Source: an uncultured Candidatus Saccharibacteria bacterium (GTDB taxonomy: Bacteria > Patescibacteriota > Minisyncoccia > Phycocordibacterales > GWA1-40-21). From it: a stretch of DNA of 36,439 bases. The notes beneath the pieces were generated by a model that was not told the origin of the DNA, searched no databases, and saw only the letters and a program-made list of their open reading frames with translations. Where the stretch lies: positions 1 through 36,439 of the forward strand of contig CAYVWL010000002.1 in assembly GCA_964455475.1 (NCBI GenBank), in the 5' to 3' direction. A program made the translations under genes and the position numbers. Below are positions 24,673 to 30,794 of this stretch, one piece after another (position 1 is the first letter of the stretch; every line of letters starts with the position of its first letter).

Positions 24673-24753
24673 TGGGCGAGGGGAGACTTGAACTCCCATG
24701 CCTTGCGGCACTAGCTCCTAAGGCTAGCGTGTCTACCGTTTCACCACTCGCCC
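24673..24753 (-). tRNA. tRNA-Leu (anticodon TAG), type II with long variable arm
   Basis: Hand-folded: GGGCGAG TG GTG AAACGGTAGA CAC G CTAGC CTTAGGA GCTAG TGCCGCAAGGCAT GGGAG TTCAAGT CTCCC CTCGCCC A. 81 nt, CCA not encoded. Confidence 0.9.
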
Positions 24754-24840
24754 GATAAAATAATATATTACACTTGTCGTCACAAGTATTTTTCTGTTGA
24801 AAAATCTCGCGACCCCGCCTCGGCACGTCTGCCTCCGGCT

Positions 24841-24893
24841 CGGACAGTGTAAAACAAAATTATGTGAAAAATTTTTTATGTTTACACTGTCCG
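24841..24893 (-). repeat. 13-bp perfect inverted repeat pairing the 3' end of tRNA-Lys with its trailer
   Basis: CGGACAGTGTAAA (24841-24853) and TTTACACTGTCCG (24881-24893). The latter includes the discriminator and the last 3 acceptor nucleotides of tRNA-Lys. Confidence 0.8.
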
Positions 24894-24962
24894 CCCAGTA
24901 GGGATCGAACCTACGACCTTATCCTTAAGAGGGATCTGCTCTACCAGCTGAGCTATGGGCGG
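24890..24962 (-). tRNA. tRNA-Lys (anticodon CTT)
   Basis: Hand-folded: CCGCCCA TA GCTC AGCTGGTA GAGC A GATCC CTCTTAA GGATA AGGTC GTAGG TTCGATC CCTAC TGGGCGG A. 73 nt, with a C1-G72 first pair and one mismatch at the top of the anticodon stem. Confidence 0.85.
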
Positions 24963-25023
24963 ATATTATTAAAATAAACCTTCGTTGATATAAAATAACA
25001 GAAATTAACAATTAAATCAACTG

Positions 25024-25107
25024 TGCCCGGAATCGGAATCGAACCGATATGGTGTTGCCACCGAGAGATTTTAAGTCTCTTGCGTCTACCTATTTCGCCA
25101 CCCGGGC
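25024..25107 (-). tRNA. tRNA-Leu (anticodon TAA), type II
   Basis: Hand-folded: GCCCGGG TG GCG AAATAGGTAGA CGC A AGAGA CTTAAAA TCTCT CGGTGGCAACACCAT ATCGG TTCGATT CCGAT TCCGGGC A. 84 nt. Confidence 0.9.
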
Positions 25108-25142
25108 ATATTATATTTTCTGATAGTTGTCCACTACCATTG

Positions 25143-25215
25143 AGGCTCAGGCCGGGGTTGAACCGGCGCATAACAGTTTTGCAGACTGTCGCGTTAACCA
25201 CTTCGCCACTGAGCC
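25143..25215 (-). tRNA. tRNA-Cys (anticodon GCA)
   Basis: Hand-folded: GGCTCAG TG GCGA AGTGGTTA ACGC G ACAGT CTGCAAA ACTGT TATGC GCCGG TTCAACC CCGGC CTGAGCC T. 73 nt, with discriminator U73 as expected for Cys. Confidence 0.9.
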
Positions 25216-25218
25216 GTA

Positions 25219-25938
25219 TTATCTATGCTTCTTCAATATATCCTTAATTTTACTAGTGAATCTCTCTGATCTTAAATACAAATATTCCTTAAATGTGTTG
25301 TATTTTCTTCTCATAAATAAGTCACTATCCACATTATTATACATAAATTCAAATAATTTCATAGTGTCTGTAGTGTTGTAACGTAGTTGATATGATCTAT
25401 GGCTAGTATATATTTTGAAGTTCTTCTTATTTGTAATATGGTTAATTGATGTCCCTAAACCTGTAAGGAAGTCAGTACTTCCACTAGTGAAAGCGATTAG
25501 TAATCTTTTCAAAATAGATTGACCATTTATTCCAATTGATTTCTCTAAATAAACGCATCCATCTCCATCAAAATATCCTCTGATAAAATGCCTAAGTTGG
25601 GTATTTGGTACTTTTGGAAATTTCACGTTAAGTGATTTATTTGGGTATAAACCTATCTCACCCAATCTGGCATATAGTCTGTGACTACCAATTCTCAGAG
25701 TATACCTAGTCTGTCTAGTTTCAACTAATTGTGCCTCAACCTTTATCTTATGCTCAGATTTCAATAGCTTTTTAAACAATATGATCCGATCCTTATCTAT
25801 ACTAGTTACAGATATGTATCTTGCTCTTATATAACTGCAGTCAGATAGGCTACCATCTGCATAGAGATATCCAAGAACGTAGGCCATTTCTGGTCCCCAT
25901 TTGTGGAAGAATTCCTCATTTATTTTATGTTTGAACAC
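25219..25938 (-). CDS. LAGLIDADG homing endonuclease, free-standing, two-motif (monomeric type)
   Basis: Motifs LGYLYADGS and IRGYFDGDGCV, about 100 aa apart. Very AT-rich. GTG start 6 nt downstream of a TATAAT box. The stop lies 3 nt from the 5' end of tRNA-Cys. Confidence 0.85.
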   Translation of the reverse strand: MFKHKINEEFFHKWGPEMAYVLGYLYADGSLSDCSYIRARYISVTSIDKDRIILFKKLLKSEHKIKVEAQLVETRQTRYTLRIGSHRLYARLGEIGLYPNKSLNVKFPKVPNTQLRHFIRGYFDGDGCVYLEKSIGINGQSILKRLLIAFTSGSTDFLTGLGTSINHITNKKNFKIYTSHRSYQLRYNTTDTMKLFEFMYNNVDSDLFMRRKYNTFKEYLYLRSERFTSKIKDILKKHR

Positions 25939-25986
25939 CCTACAATTATAAGTGGTAAGGATATATACTGCAAGTAAAAAAGCAGT

Positions 25987-26316
25987 CTAATTCTTAATTG
26001 TGATTTCGTCAATTCGCTGGCGATGCTTTTCCCCGCGGTCGATGTCAAAGTGAAAATAGGGCATCCGGCCGGTTTTTATCTTCTCTGTCATGTAAGCGCG
26101 AAATTCGCTTAACTGTCGGCGGGCAAATTCTAGGGCCACCTCCTGTTTATCCTCTGGTAGGACGGTGAAAAGCACCGTGGCCTCCTTGGCTTCACCGGAT
26201 AACTTTACATCCGTGACGGTGATGAGCGAGGTGCCATTTGATTCACGTTGCAAAAATTCCGCCGCCCATTTGTGGATTTGTTCTCTCAACTTTTCGTCTT
26301 TGAATGTTGTTATCAT
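25987..26316 (-). CDS. rbfA: Ribosome-binding factor A
   Basis: Size (109 aa) and position directly downstream of infB. RbfA-like pattern (SLITVTDVKLSGEAKEATVLFTV ... MPYFHFDIDRGE). Confidence 0.75.
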   Translation of the reverse strand: MITTFKDEKLREQIHKWAAEFLQRESNGTSLITVTDVKLSGEAKEATVLFTVLPEDKQEVALEFARRQLSEFRAYMTEKIKTGRMPYFHFDIDRGEKHRQRIDEITIKN

Positions 26317-26419
26317 GATTTTGTTTGAGGAAGTATGATGATTGATTTTAAAATGTCTGGCCGAAGTTCTGACGAGGAGATCCGAGGACTTTTAAAATTA
26401 ATTATTATGCTTCCGATAT

Positions 26420-27913
26420 TTATTTTTGACTTATTTTAAATGCTTCAATCTTGTCGCCCGGGGCGGGGACAATGACAGATTGTAATTGGCAACCAAATTC
26501 CACGCCAGACCGCACCTCGCTTACCTTCTCCTTCATCTGCTGTAGCTCGCGAATCTTGCCTCGTCCCACATCTACGTCTCGGCGCATTATTTTTACTTCA
26601 TCACCCACCTTTATCTCACCCTCTTCCACCCGCGCACCAATAATATTTTTATCTTTTACTGCACTGAAGAATTTCAATATCTTGGCTCGACCGGTCATCT
26701 CTTCCACCGCTATCTTTGGCGTCTTGCTCTCGGCCATCTCGGAGAGCCACTCGGTCAACTTGTAAATAATATCAAAAGTCTTGACCGGGATATTGGCTTT
26801 TTCCGCCGAGGCGGTGGCTTGAGCATCAATTTTGACATTAAAGCCGAGCACCAGGGAGTCTGGCCGGCCCGCCAGCATATTGATATCATTGTCTGTAATA
26901 TCTCCCACGCCAAAATGGACAATCTTGACTCGCATGCGCTCATTTTTTATTTTTTCCAATTCATGCTCAATCCCTTCTATGGAGCCGGTGACATCGGCCT
27001 TGATAATCACATTAATAATACCGGTATTGTCACCACAGTCCTCGAGCGCCTGACATTTTTTTAATATGGGCTCCTGATAATTCATAATAGCCATCAGGGC
27101 TTCCTCTTTATCTTCATAAGTAGAAAACCTGGTACCCACTTTTGGTAAGCTATCAAAGCCAATAATACGGATAGGGGAGGAGAAGGTGGCGCTATCAATT
27201 TTCTTACCCATAAAATCTTCCATGATTCTGGTAGGAGCAAAAGCCTTGCCACAAGCCACAAACATCCCACTCTTTATCGTCCCATCTTTGATAATCATGG
27301 TGGCGGAAATACCTTTTTTCTTATCCATATTGGCCTCTATCACCACACCCTCGGCCATCTTTTTATGATCACCGGTCAGCTCGGCCATCTCGGAAACCAA
27401 AAGCATCAGGTCTAGTAGCTCGTCCACGCCCTGTCCCGTCTTGGCGGAAATAGGCATAAAAGGCACCTCACCACCAAAGCCTTCCAAATATATTTCATTC
27501 TCGGCTAAATTTACTTTGGTCTTTTCAATATCCGCGCCTGGCTTGTCTATTTTATTTATCGCCACGATCATCGGGGTCTGACTCTCCTGAATACAGTGTA
27601 GGGCTTCCACCGTCTGCTTCTTCACACCATCCTCAGCGGACACTACAAGGACGGCAATATCCGCCACCGAGGCTCCGCGTTGACGGATCTTGGCAAAGCT
27701 TTCATGTCCTGGTGTATCCAAAAAAGTGATTTTCTTTCCATTGTGCACCACCTCATAAGCGGAAATCTTTTGGGTGATTCCGCCAGCTTCTTTATCTACA
27801 ATATTGGTCTTTCTAATATAATCTAGGAGAGTACTTTTGCCATGGTCAATATGCCCCATGATACAAATCACGGGCGGACGTTCGGTTTGCTTTTGTGCAG
27901 TATTGTTTGGCAT
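26420..27913 (-). CDS. infB: Translation initiation factor IF-2, short form (497 aa, G domain onward)
   Basis: RPPVICIMGHIDHGKSTLLD, GGITQKISAY, FLDTPGHESF, VAINKID. C-terminal beta-barrel domains (VIIKADVTGSIEGI ... VGDITDNDI). Confidence 0.93.
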   Translation of the reverse strand: MPNNTAQKQTERPPVICIMGHIDHGKSTLLDYIRKTNIVDKEAGGITQKISAYEVVHNGKKITFLDTPGHESFAKIRQRGASVADIAVLVVSAEDGVKKQTVEALHCIQESQTPMIVAINKIDKPGADIEKTKVNLAENEIYLEGFGGEVPFMPISAKTGQGVDELLDLMLLVSEMAELTGDHKKMAEGVVIEANMDKKKGISATMIIKDGTIKSGMFVACGKAFAPTRIMEDFMGKKIDSATFSSPIRIIGFDSLPKVGTRFSTYEDKEEALMAIMNYQEPILKKCQALEDCGDNTGIINVIIKADVTGSIEGIEHELEKIKNERMRVKIVHFGVGDITDNDINMLAGRPDSLVLGFNVKIDAQATASAEKANIPVKTFDIIYKLTEWLSEMAESKTPKIAVEEMTGRAKILKFFSAVKDKNIIGARVEEGEIKVGDEVKIMRRDVDVGRGKIRELQQMKEKVSEVRSGVEFGCQLQSVIVPAPGDKIEAFKISQK

Positions 27914-28006
27914 CCCAGTACAAAATTATCCTACAGTTATTACTCTTTGTTCTTAATTTTTCCAACTCAATTATTTTATTCATATTTTTGTCACTCGCTG
28001 AATTTT

Positions 28007-28477
28007 TTACGGGACAAGTATAGAATTTTTTGCCTTGGTCATGGCCTCGCGCTCTTCATTTGTCAATTCACCTTGCTCGGAAATTAAATTCTTGATTGGT
28101 TTGGAAAAGACACTGATATGGTCCCGAGAATACATGCTGGAAATAATCACGCCATTTTTCTCTTCGTTTAGGAAAGCCGTGGCAAAGCTTTGATTACCGC
28201 CGGAACCGTCACCTTTGAACGGATTAAAGCGGACAGTCTCCACACCGGAAACGGTTTTCTTTAGACGGGCATCAGTCACTTTGAAAGTCTCTTCTGCCTT
28301 ACCTTGAAACTTTTTCAGGTCCGTAATCTCCTTGGTCAAAATTGCCAATGATTCATCTAGGTTTTTTGCTTTGCCTACGAGGAGTTTCCCCAGCTTGTTT
28401 TGTAGCCAAAGAACCCAGATAAACAAGATAATTATGACGAGAGCCAAAGCTCCCAAGATGTATATTTCAAATGTCAT
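28007..28477 (-). CDS. DUF4446-like membrane-anchored protein
   Basis: N-terminal TM, a coiled segment, then VRFNPFKGDGSGGNQSFATAFLNEEKNGVIISSMYSRD...SKPI...LTNEE. This matches my memory of the DUF4446 pattern (RYDAF..GG..SFS.ALLD..G.G.V.SS...R...YAKP...LS.EE). Confidence 0.6.
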   Translation of the reverse strand: MTFEIYILGALALVIIILFIWVLWLQNKLGKLLVGKAKNLDESLAILTKEITDLKKFQGKAEETFKVTDARLKKTVSGVETVRFNPFKGDGSGGNQSFATAFLNEEKNGVIISSMYSRDHISVFSKPIKNLISEQGELTNEEREAMTKAKNSILVP

Positions 28478-28510
28478 ACAGTTAGGGATTATACCTTATA
28501 ATCCAAACAT

Positions 28511-28539
28511 TTGCAAAGCGTCGGGCTTTTGGGTAGTAT
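28511..28539 (+). promoter_or_regulatory. Promoter placed for a leaderless cysteine desulfurase mRNA
   Basis: TTGCAA (28511-28516), 17-nt spacer, TAGTAT (28534-28539), a 6-nt gap, then ATG 28546. Confidence 0.5.
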
Positions 28540-28545
28540 GACCAC

Positions 28546-29841
28546 ATGAGAAAGGTGATTTATTTGGACCATTCAGCCACCACGCCGGTGAGAAAGGAGG
28601 TGCTGACCGCGATGAAGCCGTTTTGGACGGAGAACTTTGGTAATCCTGGATCCATTACTAAAATTGGGGTGAGGGCCAGGCAGGCCGTGGAAGCTTCACG
28701 CAGGAAAATTGCAGAAATATTGAAAGCCCGAGCGCAGGAAATTATTTTTACTTCTGGTGGCACCGAGTCCAATAATCTGGCGATTTTTGGTTTGGTGAAC
28801 CACCTCGTCTCGCAGACTCGCCACTCCTCCTTAGAAAAGGAGGAGAGACCGAAGATTTCAGACTTGCATTTCATTACTACCAATATCGAACACAGTTCCG
28901 TCACGGAATGTTTCAAGGAATTGGAGAGAAGGGGAGCCGGGGTGGATTATTTGGCCGTCAATGAAAAGGGACTAGTAGAGCCTAAGGATTTGCGAAAAAT
29001 TATTAAGCCTAACACCGTTCTTATTTCCGTGGGTTATGCCAACAATGAAATTGGCACCATTCAGCCGATCAAGGAAATCGCCAAAGAAATCCGTCATGCC
29101 AGGAAGAGTCACAAAAGCTTGGCCTTTGGTATGTCCAAAAGCCAAGCCTTTGTGTCAAATATTTTTCCTCTTTTTCATACCGATGCCAGTCAGGCGGGTC
29201 TGTATTGTAATTTGAATTTAAATGAACTGGGTGTGGACTTGCTCACCCTAGATGCGCAGAAAATTTACGGACCAAAAGGGGTTGGTCTTTTATATAAAAG
29301 AGCGGGGGTGGAAATAGCACCAACTATTTTTGGTGGGGGACAGGAGAGTGGTTTGCGTTCGGGCACAGAAAATGTGCCTGGCGTTGTCGGCTTCTCCATA
29401 GCACTCGAATTGTGTCGCCAATCTCTTCTCTTCCCCTCATTAGATAAGGAGGGGCTAGGGGCGGTTGAGAAACTCCGTAATTATTTCTGGCAGAAAATTC
29501 AAAAAGAAATTCCTAGTGCAATTTTAAATGGTGATTTGGAAAATCGCCTGCCGAATAATTTAAATATTTCCATTCCCGGTATTGATTCCGAATTTACTGT
29601 TTTATGTTTGGATGAGGCTGGTATCATTTGCTCCACGCGCAGTGCTTGTGGCCACGGCACGGACGGCTCCCTTGTCATCCGCGCCCTCTATTCCGGACAA
29701 GGACAGTCCTTGTCCGAGATTGATATTCGAGCAAAGTCCAGCCTACGTTTTTCTCTAGGTCCGGAAATTACTAAAAAAGAGATAGACTTTGTGGTTACCA
29801 CTCTAAAAAACCTTATTTCTAGGGTTAAAATTGGGTCTTAA
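28546..29841 (+). CDS. Cysteine desulfurase (NifS/IscS family, class V aminotransferase), lengthened by hairpin-encoded segments
   Basis: IYLDHSATTP, FTSGGTESNNLAI, LFHTDASQA, PLP-lysine context LDAQKIYGPKGVGLLY, catalytic Cys context STRSACGHG. At 431 aa it is longer than the roughly 380-405 aa I recall for the family. Confidence 0.9.
   Translation: MRKVIYLDHSATTPVRKEVLTAMKPFWTENFGNPGSITKIGVRARQAVEASRRKIAEILKARAQEIIFTSGGTESNNLAIFGLVNHLVSQTRHSSLEKEERPKISDLHFITTNIEHSSVTECFKELERRGAGVDYLAVNEKGLVEPKDLRKIIKPNTVLISVGYANNEIGTIQPIKEIAKEIRHARKSHKSLAFGMSKSQAFVSNIFPLFHTDASQAGLYCNLNLNELGVDLLTLDAQKIYGPKGVGLLYKRAGVEIAPTIFGGGQESGLRSGTENVPGVVGFSIALELCRQSLLFPSLDKEGLGAVEKLRNYFWQKIQKEIPSAILNGDLENRLPNNLNISIPGIDSEFTVLCLDEAGIICSTRSACGHGTDGSLVIRALYSGQGQSLSEIDIRAKSSLRFSLGPEITKKEIDFVVTTLKNLISRVKIGS
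28800..28847 (+). repeat. Hairpin-forming repeat element in frame inside the cysteine desulfurase gene
   Basis: CCACCTCGTCTCGCAGACTCGCCACTCCTCCTTAGAAAAGGAGGAGA. Hairpin at 28824-28845. The 27-mer is identical to gyrB 5726-5752. 42 of 47 positions match the reverse complement of 11657-11718. Encodes ...[14 protein letters not shown]... Confidence 0.85.
29117..29147 (+). repeat. Second in-frame inverted repeat inside the cysteine desulfurase gene
   Basis: GCTTGGC (29117-29123) and GCCAAGC (29141-29147), embedded in near-duplicate 15-mers AAAAGCTTGGCCTTT / AAAAGCCAAGCCTTT. Encodes KSLAFGMSKSQAF just before the conserved LFHTDA. Confidence 0.6.
29433..29454 (+). repeat. Third in-frame mini-hairpin inside the cysteine desulfurase gene
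   Basis: CCCCTCATT-AGAT-AAGGAGGGG (8 of 9 pairs). Same arm/loop layout and same reading frame (FPSLDKEG) as the CTCCTCCTT-AGAA-AAGGAGGAG element (SSLEKEE). Confidence 0.6.
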
Positions 29842-29860
29842 GCCAAATACTCAAAAACTC

Positions 29861-29889
29861 TTGACAAAAAAGATGAATGGTGCTATACT
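29861..29889 (+). promoter_or_regulatory. Near-consensus sigma70 promoter with extended -10
   Basis: TTGACA (29861-29866), 17-nt spacer, TGcTATACT (29881-29889). Confidence 0.7.
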
Positions 29890-29957
29890 TGTTAAAGCTA
29901 GAAATACAGCAACGAAACAGCACACACAGAGTAATCTGCAAACAAGGAGAACGCGGT

Positions 29958-30260
29958 ATGATAACCGTGAAGTTGGTTAGCCAAGACAAGGCGTCGGAGA
30001 TGAGATTCGGTACCCCACTCGAAGCGTTCGTGCATTTCAGAATATGTCAGAGCAATCCGTGTGGCCACATCAAGATCACGGTGACGTCTGTGACGCGGGA
30101 CAGTGTTTCTCTTCATGAAGAGCGCCCCCTTCTTGGTCCGGAGGATATTACCTATACCGGTCCGGAGGAGGAGATGGCCATTCTTCAGTACGCAGCGATG
30201 CACATGTTCCAGGCCGAACTGCAGCCTGCGATTGAGCGACTTACTGCCGGTGCGGCGTAG
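29958..30260 (+). CDS. Hypothetical small protein (100 aa) of G+C-rich, foreign-looking composition
   Basis: ATG 29958 is preceded by AAGGAGA at about 8 nt and lies downstream of the predicted TSS. The longer ORF start (29877) sits inside the promoter spacer. No family recognised. Confidence 0.5.
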   Translation: MITVKLVSQDKASEMRFGTPLEAFVHFRICQSNPCGHIKITVTSVTRDSVSLHEERPLLGPEDITYTGPEEEMAILQYAAMHMFQAELQPAIERLTAGAA

Positions 30261-30307
30261 GGTCATCTACCGCGAATTGGTTGGCTCGGGAAGGTACTGA
30301 GCAACAA

Positions 30308-30361
30308 GTCCACTTTGTGGGCGGGGGAAAGTCCCGTCTGCACAGGTGGGCTTTTTCTTTT
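30308..30361 (+). terminator. GC-rich structured region ending in a T-run (putative terminator of the small G+C-rich gene)
   Basis: GTCCAC-TTT-GTGGGC, then a GGGCGGG...CCCGTCT stem with G-U pairs, then GGTGGGCTTTTTCTTTT. The fold is not a clean single hairpin. Confidence 0.45.
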
Positions 30362-30420
30362 GAATAATATTTTAATTTTCCTTGCAAGTTGTAACTGGAA
30401 TTATATAATTAGATGTAGAT

Positions 30421-30726
30421 ATGTTTTATACCTATGTTTTACGAAGTCTAAAAAATGCCAGTCTGTATACTGGTTATACAAATGATTTGCGAGCAAGGGT
30501 CCATGAGCATAACAGTGGACTTTCTGAATATACAAAGAAATATTTACCATACGAGTTAATCTATTATGAATCGTGTTTAGATGAGGGTGATGCTAGGGCG
30601 AGAGAAAAACAGTTAAAGACGGGGTTGGGGAAAAGGTATTTAAAATTAAGGTTAAGGAGGTTTTTTAGAAAAAGCATTGTGGGCATGGATCCCGTTCGAT
30701 GTTCAGGGAGGAAAGAGTCTATATAA
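30421..30726 (+). CDS. Small GIY-YIG (URI-domain) nuclease family protein
   Basis: FYTYVLRS...LYTGYTNDLRARVHEHNSG ... YYESC...ARAREKQLK. This is the classic layout of stand-alone GIY-YIG proteins of about 90 aa. Confidence 0.8.
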   Translation: MFYTYVLRSLKNASLYTGYTNDLRARVHEHNSGLSEYTKKYLPYELIYYESCLDEGDARAREKQLKTGLGKRYLKLRLRRFFRKSIVGMDPVRCSGRKESI

Positions 30727-30794
30727 GTTGTAAATTTATCAAGTTAGTAGTACAATTGTTGTTAAGGTTAATAATTAAAACATCAAACGGGATG
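30689..30794 (+). promoter_or_regulatory. Leader element copy A: 15-bp arms enclosing a promoter and overlapping the start codon of the HtrA-like gene
   Basis: ATCCCGTTCGATGTT (30689-30703) pairs with AACATCAAACGGGAT (30779-30793) at 14 of 15 positions. The loop holds TTGTAA-17-TACAAT (30728-30756). The 3' 27 nt are nearly identical to copy B. Confidence 0.7.

Noticed and set aside
29898-30266. Minus-strand 122-aa ORF antisense to the small G+C-rich gene, and the longer plus-strand start at 29877
   Set aside because: The Arg-rich antisense frame has no start signals. The 29877 ATG lies within the spacer of the strong promoter, upstream of the predicted transcription start.
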